A stretch of 61,603 bases of DNA, counting the filler, from Coriobacteriales bacterium (GTDB lineage Bacteria > Actinomycetota > Coriobacteriia > Coriobacteriales > UBA8131): NCBI GenBank assembly GCA_031263105.1. It is 10 parts of 10 records of this genome, joined end to end, with 100 filler letters (N's around TTAATTAATTAA, not from the genome) between each part and the next. Parts side by side here need not be neighbours in the genome. Positions count along the whole stretch, not along the records: positions 32,665 to 40,112 come from JAISGJ010000061.1; positions 40,213 to 46,322 come from JAISGJ010000066.1; 8 more parts are not named here. One strand, 5' to 3'. The number at the start of each line of letters is the position of its first letter. Position 1 is the stretch's first letter. This document shows positions 33,046 to 43,100 of this stretch, one piece after another. Position numbers and translations under genes: made by a program. The notes under the pieces are model-generated. The model saw only the letters and a list, made by a program, of their open reading frames with translations. It was not told the origin of the DNA and ran no database searches.

Positions 33046-33930
33046 GTGAACAGCCTCTCTGACATGCTTACTGCTGTTGGTATCGCCCGTCTCGTCGAGC
33101 GGGCGATACCGGATATCGCCTGCGTGCTGCGCCCCGACGTGCGCACCGCCCTCGATGCGGCCGCCGTGCGGGAGACGGGCGGGCGCGGGCGCACCGTGCT
33201 TCGACAGCTCAGGGAGAACGCCTTGATAGCAGAGGAGCGGCGGATCCCCCTTTGCCAGGACACGGGGAGCGTCTGGGTGCTGCTCGAGGTGGGGGAGCGC
33301 GACGCGGAGGGCAGGGCGGTCGTCCTTCCGGCAGACGTCTTCAGCCTCGTCGACGAGGCGGTCGCACGCGCCTTCGAGAGGGCCGCCTTGCGCAAGAGCC
33401 TGGTGCGCGACGCCTTCGGCGACCGGCGCAACACCGGCGACAACACCCCTGCGTTCTGCGAGCTGTGGCTCAATCCGGCCAGGCGCGGGGCCGTCCTGCA
33501 CCTCATGCTCAAGGGCGGCGGCTCCGACAACGCCTCACGGGTCGTCATGCTCACGCCCAACGAGGGCGAAGACGGCATCCGCCGTGCCGTGCTCGATGCC
33601 GTGCTCGCGAAGGGCGAGAGCGCCTGTCCGCCGCTCGTCATCGGCGTCGGCGTCGGCTCGACCTTCGACAAGGTGGGCGGCCTCGCCAAGCGCGCCCTGC
33701 TCCGTCCCGTGGGCGAGGCGAGCCCCGATTCGCAGAACGCAGCCTTGGAGCGGCAGCTCCTCGAAGACGTCAACGCCACGGGGCTGGGCCCCGGAGGCCT
33801 CGGCGGCGAGGTGACGGCGCTGGCTGTTCACGTCCTTTCGGCGCCCTGTCATATCGCGTCGCTCCCGCTCGCGGTCAACATCGGCTGCAACAGCCTCAGG
33901 AGCACCTCCATCGACCTGGAGGGGCCATGA
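33046..33930 (+). CDS. Two-subunit Fe-S fumarate hydratase, alpha subunit
   Basis: PLCQDTG, KGGGSDN, CPP, CHIA; TATAAT just upstream suggests a leaderless mRNA. Confidence 0.9.
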   Translation: MNSLSDMLTAVGIARLVERAIPDIACVLRPDVRTALDAAAVRETGGRGRTVLRQLRENALIAEERRIPLCQDTGSVWVLLEVGERDAEGRAVVLPADVFSLVDEAVARAFERAALRKSLVRDAFGDRRNTGDNTPAFCELWLNPARRGAVLHLMLKGGGSDNASRVVMLTPNEGEDGIRRAVLDAVLAKGESACPPLVIGVGVGSTFDKVGGLAKRALLRPVGEASPDSQNAALERQLLEDVNATGLGPGGLGGEVTALAVHVLSAPCHIASLPLAVNIGCNSLRSTSIDLEGP

Positions 33931-34589
33931 GCGCCGCATCAGTGCCGCCCCCGGTCGCAGCGGCGGAGCACCCAGCCCCAACGGCGGAGCACCCAGCCCC
34001 CGCAACGCCGCTTCCTGCCGCCGGGTCGTTCGCTGTCGGTTCCGCCGACGCATCCCCCTCCTTCCCCCTCAGCCTTCCCGCCACCCGCGAGCAGCTCTGC
34101 GCCCTGACTGCGGGGGATGCGGTCACGCTGCACGGCAGCATCTACACGATGCGCGACGCGGGGCACCGGCGTGCCCTCGAACACCTCGAACGGCAGGGGG
34201 AGCTGCCCTTCGGGCTTGCGGGACAGGCGCTGTTCTACGCCGGTCCCACCCCGTCGGCGGCAGGGCGTCCCTTCGGCGCGATAGGGCCGACGACGGCCTC
34301 CCGCATGGACTTCGCCACGCCGGCCCTGCTCGAGGCGGGCATCACGCTCATGCTGGGCAAGGGGAGGCGTTCGCCCGCCGTCGCCTCGGCCTGTGCCCGG
34401 ACCCGGAGCGTCTACCTCGTGGCGACGGGGGGCGCCGCCGCCTTTCTGGCGGGCTTCGTCACCGCCGCCGAGCCCGTCGCCTGGGACGACCTCGGCACCG
34501 AGGCGCTGTGCCGGCTCACCCTCGAAGGCCTCCCCGCCTTCGTCGCCATCGACACCCAGGGCAACGACCTCTACGCGCAAGCCTTGTGA
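33927..34589 (+). CDS. Fumarate hydratase, beta subunit
   Basis: RDAGH, YAGPTP, GPTTASRMD, GKG, DLGTEA. Confidence 0.9.
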   Translation: MSAASVPPPVAAAEHPAPTAEHPAPATPLPAAGSFAVGSADASPSFPLSLPATREQLCALTAGDAVTLHGSIYTMRDAGHRRALEHLERQGELPFGLAGQALFYAGPTPSAAGRPFGAIGPTTASRMDFATPALLEAGITLMLGKGRRSPAVASACARTRSVYLVATGGAAAFLAGFVTAAEPVAWDDLGTEALCRLTLEGLPAFVAIDTQGNDLYAQAL

Positions 34590-34624
34590 CCCGTCCCTGC
34601 ACTTCTTGTGTTGCTGGCCACACC

Positions 34625-34898
34625 ACCACTGAGCCCCCCCTCTCCTGTCATTCCGAGCGCAGCGCAACTGTCGTCCCGAGCCCCCTGCTGTCGTCCCGAG
34701 CGCAGCGCAACTGTCGTCCCGAGCCCCCTGCTGTCGTCCCGAGCCCCCTGCTGTCATCCCGAGCGGAGGGGGCGACGCCCCCGCAGCCGAGGGATCTTTG
34801 GCTGCGAAGCAGCCAACCGCAGGCAGAGGCGCCTTTTGGCCGCAGTCGACCGCTTGCGCGGTCGAGGATCCCTCGGCAGGCTCGGGATGACAGTGTCT
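34625..34898. repeat. MITE variant
   Basis: Tandem CTGTCGTCCCGAGC units plus core ending GCTCGGGATGACAGTG. Confidence 0.8.
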
Positions 34899-34947
34899 CA
34901 TTGACGTACTGTACAACGTGTCTCTTCTGATAATCCGCTATGATGGG

Positions 34948-35718
34948 ATGATGCAGGAATCACAGCGACAGAGCGGCCGGGGGCCCGGCCCTGCGGGGCG
35001 CGGCACCGACAAACGGGGCCTTGGCCCTGCGGGGCGCGGCGTCTTCATCACCTTTGACGGGGGGGAGGGCGTGGGCAAGTCCACGCAGATCCTCCTTCTG
35101 GGCATGCGGCTTGAGGCTGCGGGCATCGAGGTCTGCCGCCTGCGCGAGCCGGGGGGCACCCGTGTCGGGGAGGCGATACGGCAGATCCTGCTCGACCCCG
35201 CATACGTCGAGATCGACGACATGGGCGAGCTTCTGCTCTATGAGGCCGCCCGGGCCCAGCTCACAGGCCAGGTCATCGAGCCGGCGCTCGCGCGCGGGGC
35301 AACGGTGCTCTGCGACCGCTTCACCGACTCCACGCTCGCCTATCAGGGCGTTGCGCGCGGGCTGGGCATCGAGCTCGTCGAGCAGGCGAACCGCCTGGGG
35401 AGCAGGGGGCTCGTCCCCCAGCGCACCATCGTGCTTGAGTACGATGCCGCAGACGCGCTCAGCCGCGCGACGGAGCAAGGGGCCGACAGGCTCGAGGCCG
35501 AGGGGCCTGCGTTCCACGGGCGGGTGGTGCAGGGCTTCAGGTCCCTTGCGGAGCGCGAGCCGGAGCGCGTGCGCCTCGTGCAGAGCCGCAAGCGCAAGGC
35601 AGAGACCGCCGAGGCAGTGTTTGCCGAGGTCGCGGATCTGTTTCCCCCAGAGGCGGCCAAGGCCTTCAAGATAACCGACGAGATGATCGCCCGCGTGAAG
35701 CAGGAGCGCGACCAATGA
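34948..35718 (+). CDS. tmk: Thymidylate kinase
   Basis: GGEGVGKST, REPGGT, DRFTDST. Confidence 0.95.
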   Translation: MMQESQRQSGRGPGPAGRGTDKRGLGPAGRGVFITFDGGEGVGKSTQILLLGMRLEAAGIEVCRLREPGGTRVGEAIRQILLDPAYVEIDDMGELLLYEAARAQLTGQVIEPALARGATVLCDRFTDSTLAYQGVARGLGIELVEQANRLGSRGLVPQRTIVLEYDAADALSRATEQGADRLEAEGPAFHGRVVQGFRSLAEREPERVRLVQSRKRKAETAEAVFAEVADLFPPEAAKAFKITDEMIARVKQERDQ

Positions 35719-36920
35719 CCCCCGCTCCCTCTGCCTCTGGGTCCGTCCCCGTCTTGTCCACTTCCGATGTGGCATCGACATTCCCCTCCCTCCCGCCTCC
35801 CGCCCCCCCGTTCGACGGCCTTGTGGGCCAGCCGCTGGTCGCACGCTTCTTCACCTCGGCTGTGCAGCGCCGCCTGACGACCCACGCCTACCTCTTCGTG
35901 GGGCCTGTCGGCACCGGCAAGACCATGGCGGCCCGCGCACTGGCACAGGCGCTCGTCTGCCGCAGCATGGGCTGCGGCGCCTGCGACGACTGCATCCGTG
36001 TCGCCCGGGGCACGCATCCTGACGTGAGGTCCATCGAGCCCGAGGGCGCAGGCGGCTATCTCAGCGAGCAGGTCCGCGACCTTGTCCACGACACGGCCCT
36101 TGCGCCGATACGCGCACAGCACAAGGTCTACGTCATCACGCGCGCAGACCTGCTGGGCGGCGCTCCCGCGAACGCCTTCCTCAAGACGCTGGAGGAGCCC
36201 CCCCTCCGCGTGACCTTCATCCTGTTGGCGCGTACCCGCGAGAGCGTGTTGGAGACCATCCTCTCGCGCTGCCAGGTCGTCGCGTTCCGCTTCATCCCCG
36301 AGACGGAGGCCGTCTCCCTCCTCATGGAGAGGAGCAGGGCGACGCTGAAGGACGCGCGCGTCGCCTTGGCAACGACGGGCGGCTCCGTCTATCGGGCGCA
36401 GGACTTCCTGGGCTCGTCCGCACGGCGCAACGCCCGCATCAAGGTGCTCGAGACCCTTGAGCGGCTTCCGTTGGCCGACGGGCTCGACGTCCTCGATGCG
36501 GCACGCGACCTGCTCATCTCCCTTAAGCAGCCCCTCGACGAACTGAGGGTCGAGCAGGAGCGCCAGCTTGTCGAGGGCAAGGACTATCTGGGCAAAGGGG
36601 CGATGACGGCGCTCGAGCAGCGCCACAAGCGGGCTCTTACGGGCAGGGAGCGCGAGGCTTTGGGAGAGGTTCTGGGCGCCATGCGCTCGTGGCTGCGCGA
36701 CTGCCTGCTGGCGCGGGTCGGCCGCGAGGAGGACATCGTCAACCACGACTTCCACTACCATATCCTCAAGGTCGCCGAGGGAAGCGACGAGGCGGCGTTC
36801 GTGCGTGCGATCGCCGCCGTCGATGAGGCCGAGCGCCGGATACCCTATAATGTATCGGTACAATCAATACTCGAGGCCCTGCTGTTCACCTTGCGTGACG
36901 AGCTGGGCGTGACAGGGTGA
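35715..36920 (+). CDS. holB: DNA polymerase III delta-prime subunit
   Basis: HAYLFVGP.GTGK, Zn CxxC cluster, HPD, LKTLEEPP, TILSRC; follows tmk. Confidence 0.92.
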   Translation: MTPAPSASGSVPVLSTSDVASTFPSLPPPAPPFDGLVGQPLVARFFTSAVQRRLTTHAYLFVGPVGTGKTMAARALAQALVCRSMGCGACDDCIRVARGTHPDVRSIEPEGAGGYLSEQVRDLVHDTALAPIRAQHKVYVITRADLLGGAPANAFLKTLEEPPLRVTFILLARTRESVLETILSRCQVVAFRFIPETEAVSLLMERSRATLKDARVALATTGGSVYRAQDFLGSSARRNARIKVLETLERLPLADGLDVLDAARDLLISLKQPLDELRVEQERQLVEGKDYLGKGAMTALEQRHKRALTGREREALGEVLGAMRSWLRDCLLARVGREEDIVNHDFHYHILKVAEGSDEAAFVRAIAAVDEAERRIPYNVSVQSILEALLFTLRDELGVTG

Positions 36921-36928
36921 GGATAGCG

Positions 36929-38434
36929 ATGCCCGAGCGACAGACGGTCGTAGCTGTGAAGCTGCGCTATAGTCCCAGGACCTTCTGGTTCGACCCCGCG
37001 CTTTCGACGTATGAGGAGGGCGACCACGTCTTGGTCGATACCGAGCGCGGCCGCGAGGTCGGCTTGGTCGTCACCTCCGCCCTTGAGGTCACCGACGCAC
37101 AGGTCAAGGCCCTCAAAAGCCCGCTCAAGCCGGTCATCCGCGTCTTGGACGAGCTCGACTTCGAACGCATCGACGAGCTTGACGCCAAGGGCAAGGAGGC
37201 GATGTCCCTCTTCCGGGAGCTCATCAAGGAGCACGGCCTTGACCTGAAGCCCGTCTCCGTGGAGTTTTTGTTCTCGGGCGAGAAGGCGGTCTTCTACTTC
37301 TCCCACGACGGGCGCGTGGACTTCCGCGACCTCGTCCGCGACCTCGCCTCACATTTCCGCGTCCGCATAGACATGCGACAGGTCGGCGTGCGCGACGAGG
37401 CGCGTATCGTCGGCGGCCTCGCCCACTGCGGCGAGGAGATGTGCTGTGCGCGGCTCGGCGGGACCTTCCATCCGGTCTCCATCCGCATGGCCAAGGAGCA
37501 GGACCTGTCGCTGAACCCCGCGAAGATCTCGGGTGCCTGCGGCAGGCTCATGTGCTGCCTGCGGTACGAGTTCGAGGCCTACAGGGACTTCAAGAGCCGC
37601 GCCCCCAAGAAGGGTGCGCTCATCGAGACGCCGCTCGGCCACGCCAAGGTCATCGACTTCGACACCCCTCGCGAGACGATCACCATGCGCCTCGAGGACG
37701 GCAAGCAGCTCTCCATCCCGCTGGGCGAGTTCGACTGCCCCTCAGGGGAGGAGGGCCACACGCGCCCCTGTAGCGTCTCGCGCGACGCCATAGACCGCTG
37801 CGCCACGGGCAGCATCCTCACCGCGCTCTCGGCGCTCGAGCACGACCTGCTGCAAGGCGCGCAGCCCGCCGAGAAGCAGGAGCGCAGGCGCGACCGCGAC
37901 CGGGGCCATGCCTCCCACGAGCAGGAACGCGACCGTCCGGCACGGCGCCAGAGACGCACCGGCCGCCGTCTTGCGGAGGGCGGGCAGGACGCAGGGCAGG
38001 ATGACTGGGCACAGGCGGGCCGTGTCGAAAGCGGGGAGGCGTTCGGGGACGATGCGGACGACGGGCCGTCCCAAGGAAGGCCCTCCCAGGGGTCAAGGCA
38101 ACGTCCCGGGCAGCGCTCCTCGGGCCTGCGCGGCAAGGGCGGCGGCGGCAGGGGCAGGGGATCCGGCGGCCGGGGGTCCGGCGGCGGCCGTGGCGGCGGC
38201 GGCCGTGGCGGCGGTGGCGGCGGACGTGGCGGCGGCGGCAGCGGCAGCGGCGGCAGCGGCGGCAGCGGCCCAGGCGGCAGCGGCGGCAGCGGCGGCAGCG
38301 GCCCAGGCGGCAGCGGCGGCAGCGGCCCAGGCGGCAGCGGCGGCAGCGGCCCAGGCGGCAGCGGGAGTTCCGGCGGCGACGGGCGCAAGCGGCGGCGGCG
38401 CTCGGCCAACAGGCCCTCGGAAGGCACCGACTGA
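36929..38434 (+). CDS. ricT: PSP1/RicT (YaaT) family protein with RGG/Gly-Ser tail
   Basis: RVDFRDLV, RQVGVRDEA, KISGACGRLMCCL. Confidence 0.88.
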   Translation: MPERQTVVAVKLRYSPRTFWFDPALSTYEEGDHVLVDTERGREVGLVVTSALEVTDAQVKALKSPLKPVIRVLDELDFERIDELDAKGKEAMSLFRELIKEHGLDLKPVSVEFLFSGEKAVFYFSHDGRVDFRDLVRDLASHFRVRIDMRQVGVRDEARIVGGLAHCGEEMCCARLGGTFHPVSIRMAKEQDLSLNPAKISGACGRLMCCLRYEFEAYRDFKSRAPKKGALIETPLGHAKVIDFDTPRETITMRLEDGKQLSIPLGEFDCPSGEEGHTRPCSVSRDAIDRCATGSILTALSALEHDLLQGAQPAEKQERRRDRDRGHASHEQERDRPARRQRRTGRRLAEGGQDAGQDDWAQAGRVESGEAFGDDADDGPSQGRPSQGSRQRPGQRSSGLRGKGGGGRGRGSGGRGSGGGRGGGGRGGGGGGRGGGGSGSGGSGGSGPGGSGGSGGSGPGGSGGSGPGGSGGSGPGGSGSSGGDGRKRRRRSANRPSEGTD

Positions 38435-38441
38435 GGGCCGT

Positions 38442-39899
38442 ATGCAGGCATTGCTGACAGACCTCTATCAGCTCACCATGGCGCAGGGCTATTGGAGGGG
38501 CGGGCTTGCCGATGCCCAGGCATGCTTCTATGTCCATTTTCGCGAGAACCCCTTCAAGGGCGGCTATGCCATCGCCTGCGGCCTTGCCCAGCTCGCCGAG
38601 CAGCTGGAGGGCTTCCGCTTCAGCAGCGACGACTGCGCGTACCTCGCGACGCTCAAGGCGGCCGAGGGCGTGCCGCTGTTCTCCCCAGGGTTCATCGACA
38701 GCCTTGCCGGCCTTGCGCTCACCGTCGATGTGGACGCGGTCCGCGAGGGCACGGCGGTCTTTCCCTACGAGCCTGTGGTGCGCGTCATGGGCCCCATACT
38801 CCAGTGCCAGCTCGTCGAGACCGCGCTCATCAACATCGTCAACTACCAGACGCTCATCGCGACCAAGGCCGCGCGCATCTGCGAGGTGGCGCACGGGCCG
38901 GTCGCCGAGTTCGGCCTGAGACGCGCCCAAGGGCCCGCAGGAGGGCTGTTCGCCTCGCGTGCGGCCATCGTCGGCGGCTGCGCCTCGACCTCCAACGTCG
39001 AGGCAGGGCGCATGTTCGGCGTCCCCGTCTCGGGCACCCACGCGCATTCCTGGGTGATGGCGCACGACGACGAGCTTGCGGCCTTTCGCGCCTTCGTCGA
39101 CACCTTCCCCCATACCAGCGTGCTCCTCGTCGATACCTACGACACGCTGAAGGGCGTGCGCAACGCGATAACCGTGGCAAAGGAGATGGAGCAGCGCGGG
39201 CAGCGGCTGGCAGGCATCCGCATCGACTCGGGCGACCTCGCCTGGCTGTCCGTGCAGGCGCGCGGGCTCCTCGACGACGAGGGGCTCGGCTATGTGCGCA
39301 TCGTCGCGAGCAACGACCTCGACGAGCACACCATCCAGTCGCTCTACGAGCAGGGGGCCCGCATCGACTCATGGGGGGTGGGCACGCGGCTGGTGACGGC
39401 CTGGGACCATCCGGCGCTGACGGGCGTCTACAAGCTCTGCGCCATCCGCAAGGTGCCCGAGGGCCGCTGGGAGCCCCAGCTCAAGGTCTCCGAGATGAGG
39501 TCGAAATCGACCCTGCCCGGCCTGCTCGCGGCCCGGCGCTACCTCGACGCCGGAGGCACCTTCGTCGGCGACATGGTCTACGACGAGCAGATGCCGCCTG
39601 CGGACGACCTTATCATCGACCCTGTCGACGAGCTGAGGCGCAAGGACCTTGCGGGCTGCGAGAGCATGGGGCTCCTTGAGCCGCTTGTCCGCAACGGCAG
39701 GACGGTCGCAGAGCCGGCCTCCGCATTGGAGGCGCAGAAGGTCACACGCGAGAGCCTGGGAAGGCTCCACCCCACCAACAAGCGCCTCCTGAACCCCCAC
39801 AGCTACCCCGTAGGCCTCGAGCGCGCCCTCCTCGCGCAACGCGACAGGCTTCTTAAGGATTCACTGATGCTGCCCGGGAACGGCTCCCAAGGTGCCTGA
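38442..39899 (+). CDS. pncB: Nicotinate phosphoribosyltransferase
   Basis: LLTDLYQLTM, EFGLRR, GTHAHS, LVDTYD, RIDSGDL. Confidence 0.95.
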   Translation: MQALLTDLYQLTMAQGYWRGGLADAQACFYVHFRENPFKGGYAIACGLAQLAEQLEGFRFSSDDCAYLATLKAAEGVPLFSPGFIDSLAGLALTVDVDAVREGTAVFPYEPVVRVMGPILQCQLVETALINIVNYQTLIATKAARICEVAHGPVAEFGLRRAQGPAGGLFASRAAIVGGCASTSNVEAGRMFGVPVSGTHAHSWVMAHDDELAAFRAFVDTFPHTSVLLVDTYDTLKGVRNAITVAKEMEQRGQRLAGIRIDSGDLAWLSVQARGLLDDEGLGYVRIVASNDLDEHTIQSLYEQGARIDSWGVGTRLVTAWDHPALTGVYKLCAIRKVPEGRWEPQLKVSEMRSKSTLPGLLAARRYLDAGGTFVGDMVYDEQMPPADDLIIDPVDELRRKDLAGCESMGLLEPLVRNGRTVAEPASALEAQKVTRESLGRLHPTNKRLLNPHSYPVGLERALLAQRDRLLKDSLMLPGNGSQGA

Positions 39900-39925
39900 C
39901 ATCACCTAGGGAGACGATGATCAAT

Positions 39926-40092
39926 GCCCCCACTGTCATTCCGAGCCTGCCGAGGAATCCTCGACCGCGCAAGCGGTCGACTGCGGGCAGATCCGTCTCC
40001 CGGCCGCAGTTGGTCGCTTTGCGACCAAAGATCCTTCGGCTGCGGGGCTTCGCCCCTTCGCTCAGGATGACAGTGGGGGTGTGAACAGTAGC
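39926..40092. repeat. MITE variant
   Basis: CACTGTCATTCCGAGCC...GATGACAGTGGGGGTGTGAACAGTA. Confidence 0.8.
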
Positions 40093-40212
40093 CGGAAGGC
40101 GGCGTGCAATGANNNNNNNNNNNNNNNNNNNNNNNNNNNNNNNNNNNNNNNNNNNNTTAATTAATTAANNNNNNNNNNNNNNNNNNNNNNNNNNNNNNNN
40201 NNNNNNNNNNNN

Positions 40213-40315
40213 TGCACCCATAGCCGCCCGCTAAGGCAGCAGTTCCGGCTACGACTGCAGTGGTTTTCAGAAAACTTCGACGCGTTAGTTCTGACGGTAC
40301 TCTTCCCTCTGACAT
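40213..40315 (-). CDS. N-terminal fragment: Tat lipoprotein signal of an oxidoreductase, running off the contig
   Basis: MSEGRVPSELTRRSFLKTTAVVAGTAALAGGYGC; SD TAAGGAGG. Confidence 0.85.
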
Positions 40316-40414
40316 CTTTCCTCCTTACCAGCACTATGACACAAACAGGTACAAGTGAACGCCTTACGTCCTCTCTCTCCTCCTTCCGGTTGGCATAGGT
40401 CTCCCGAATCAGTT

Positions 40415-40447
40415 TGTCATAATATCATAGAAACATATGACAGTCAA
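40415..40447 (-). promoter_or_regulatory. Promoter TTGACT-N17-TATTAT with overlapping TGTCATA-N14-TATGACA palindrome
   Basis: Near-consensus boxes and spacing upstream of the Tat leader. Confidence 0.65.
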
Positions 40448-40483
40448 TCTTTCTTTTCGTGTTCTTAATTCTTGCATGGGTAC

Positions 40484-40577
40484 ATACCCCGCCCCTTGGG
40501 GCGCAAATACCGCCGTAGGCGGTGCAATGCCCTCTGTCCTACGAGATACCCTGCAGCTTGCTGCGGGGCAGTTCATT
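40484..40577. mobile_element. Non-autonomous IS200/IS605-type palindromic element
   Basis: ATACCCCGCCCCTTGGGGCG and GATACCCTGCAGCTTGCTGCGGGGCAGTTCAT hairpins. Confidence 0.55.
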
Positions 40578-40591
40578 AGGGCCTTGGTCGG

Positions 40592-40746
40592 GTCACACCC
40601 CCACTGTCATTCCGAGCGCAGCGAAGCGAAGCCGAGGAATCTTTGGACACGCAGTGTCCAACGGCAGGTCAGGGGCCCTTCGACCTGCGGTCGACCGCTG
40701 GCGCGCTCGAAGATTCCTCGACAGGCTCGGAATGACAGTGGGGTGT
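40592..40746. repeat. MITE copy
   Basis: Standard core in reverse orientation. Confidence 0.85.
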
Positions 40747-40787
40747 CCGTGGAGGGTTGACCAGTAATTTTGCCGGTTCGTTGCGGG

Positions 40788-40978
40788 TCACCCCATCGTC
40801 AGTCAGCGGTGAGCAGGTGTTGTCGGACAGCGATGTTGCCACGCCCTATGGATACGAGACAAAGGCCATCAACCAGGCTGCCAGCCGCAACAAGAAGCGA
40901 TTCCCGCCGGAGTTGCGCTTCCATCTGACAAACGAAGAAGTTGAGGAGATTTTGAGGTCACAAATTGTGACCTCAGTG
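40788..40978 (+). pseudogene. ORF6N DNA-binding domain fragment
   Basis: GEQVLSDSDVA..YGYETKAINQA..RNKKRFP..LRSQIVTS; no good start. Confidence 0.65.
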
Positions 40979-41041
40979 GTCGGCTCTTATCCTCTGACTT
41001 GTGCTACAATACAATGCATACAAGGCATGTAAGGAGCCACC

Positions 41042-41299
41042 ATGGAACAGGCAACGGTCACATCAAGGGGCCAGATTACGATTCCTGCGAACGTCCGCCG
41101 CAAGCTTGGGCTTCAGACGGGCAACAAGGTGTTCTTTTTCGATGACGGCGACAACGTGGTCATCAAGAAGAATTCGCAAGATGCTGCCCTTGAAGCCATC
41201 CAGAGCGTCCTTGCTCCGCTCGCTGCCGAGCAAGGTATCCTGACCGACGATGACGTCATGGCCCTGGTCAAGGAATACCGGAGCAGGCAGCAAACCTGA
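41042..41299 (+). CDS. AbrB/MazE-type antitoxin
   Basis: ATVTSRGQITIPANVRRKLGLQTGNKV. Confidence 0.9.
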   Translation: MEQATVTSRGQITIPANVRRKLGLQTGNKVFFFDDGDNVVIKKNSQDAALEAIQSVLAPLAAEQGILTDDDVMALVKEYRSRQQT

Positions 41300-41508
41300 C
41301 GCGTGTGATGGTGGACACGAACATCACTATCTCTGCGATGGTGTTCAAGAGCGCCAAGATGAGCGATGTTCTGCGCAAGGCCAGAGACGAACACGAACTG
41401 TGCATCGCGTCATACTCAATCGAAGAGACGAAGCGTATTCTCAATAACAAGTTCGCAGGAGTTGAGGCAAACATCGACAAGTTCTTCGAGGACTACCCTT
41501 CTGAATGA
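41299..41508 (+). pseudogene. Truncated PIN-domain toxin
   Basis: RVMVDTN motif; about half normal length; ACG where the coupled ATG is expected. Confidence 0.7.
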
Positions 41509-41668
41509 TCAGTATGTGCCACTTTCGGCTAAAATATGGTATTTTAACCTAGTTTTAGTCCGATCGAGGTATGGGTATATTCGTAATATGACAGAAAGCC
41601 GAGTCTGTTTCGGCTAAAATAGAGGATTCCTGCTATGTTTTAGCCGACTAAACGACCAAGGAGGAAGC

Positions 41669-43081
41669 ATGAATCTGATTGGCAGAAAAAACGAAATCCG
41701 CGAGCTGCGGAGGTTTCATGCTTCCGACCAGCCTGAGCTCATAGTTGTCTATGGGCGCAGGCGTGTCGGGAAGACCTTTCTGGTCAAAGAGCTTTTCGGG
41801 AATGATTTCGCTTTCTATTTCACTGGCACAATCGGAGTGTCTGATGCCGTCCATCTGGCTAACTTCGACGAAGCCATCGTCGAATATGGAGGCACAGACG
41901 CGCCTGCATCCGCAAGCTGGCATGATGCGTTCAGGAAGCTCAGGCTGCTTCTGTCCAGCCAGGACGAAGGAAGAAAGACGGTGTTTATAGATGAGATGCC
42001 TTGGCTGGATGTGTCTGGTTCTGACTTCCTGACGGCCTTTGATTATTTCTGGAACAGCTGGGCATCAGCAGTCCCCGAAATTCTCCTCATACTCTGTGGG
42101 TCGTCGACGTCATGGATCACGAAAAAGCTCTTTCATAACCGAGGCGGCCTCCACAACCGTGTTACTGGCAGAATGTACTTGGCACCTTTCACTCTGGGCG
42201 AGTGCGAGGAGTTTTTCAAAAGCCGAGGAATCGAAATCACGCGATATCAAATGCTTGAAAGTTATATGGTCTTTGGTGGGATTCCGTTTTATCTCCATAT
42301 GTTCGACAAGGGCCTATCCTTTTCGCAGAATGTCGACCGACTATGCTTTAGCAATGTAGCACCGCTGAGGGATGAGTACCGAGAGCTGTACTGCTCGCTA
42401 TTCAGCAGGCCGCAGCGACACATGCGTATCGTCGAATCCCTGGCTGGTTCGACCGATGGAATGACTCGAAACGAGGTCGCCACACTAAGTGGTCTTGCAG
42501 CGAACGGTCGTTTAACGGAAGCCCTCTCTGAGCTTGAGCAGTGCGACTTTGTTGAGAGATATACCGACTTCACGAGACTCAAGAATGGTGCATATTATTA
42601 TCTAAAAGACCCTTTCACACTTTTCTATCTTCGATATATGAAGGACAACAATACAAAAGACGAGTATTTTTGGACAAACTACGGCGAGGACGGTGGACAT
42701 AGAGCATGGAACGGCTATGCGTTTGAACTTGTTTGTAGGGGTCATCTGAAGCAGCTGAAACAAAGCCTCGGAATATCCGGGGTGTCAACGAGCACGTCGT
42801 CTTGGCGCAGTAAGGAAACAGAACCAGGGGCTCAAATCGACCTGGTGATTTCCCGGCGCGACGGAGTGATCAATCTGTGCGAGATGAAATACACGAAGCA
42901 CCCTTATACCATCGGAAAAGCGGAGGCCGAAGCTCTTGAGCGCAAGAAGGCCGCCTTTGCTGTCGAAACAGGAACGAGAAGCGCACTCCATATCACGATG
43001 GTCACCACATACGGGCTTGAGCGGAAAGGCTATTTTGGTTTGGCGCAATCCCAGATAACGATGGACGACCTGTTCCTGTAG
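41669..43081 (+). CDS. AAA ATPase with wHTH and PD-(D/E)xK-like domain (paralogue of 271..1686)
   Basis: GRRRVGKT, FIDEMPW, QIDLV..CEMKY; visibly lower GC than core genes. Confidence 0.87.
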   Translation: MNLIGRKNEIRELRRFHASDQPELIVVYGRRRVGKTFLVKELFGNDFAFYFTGTIGVSDAVHLANFDEAIVEYGGTDAPASASWHDAFRKLRLLLSSQDEGRKTVFIDEMPWLDVSGSDFLTAFDYFWNSWASAVPEILLILCGSSTSWITKKLFHNRGGLHNRVTGRMYLAPFTLGECEEFFKSRGIEITRYQMLESYMVFGGIPFYLHMFDKGLSFSQNVDRLCFSNVAPLRDEYRELYCSLFSRPQRHMRIVESLAGSTDGMTRNEVATLSGLAANGRLTEALSELEQCDFVERYTDFTRLKNGAYYYLKDPFTLFYLRYMKDNNTKDEYFWTNYGEDGGHRAWNGYAFELVCRGHLKQLKQSLGISGVSTSTSSWRSKETEPGAQIDLVISRRDGVINLCEMKYTKHPYTIGKAEAEALERKKAAFAVETGTRSALHITMVTTYGLERKGYFGLAQSQITMDDLFL

Positions 43082-43100
43082 CAGGGCGAGACAAGTCCCC

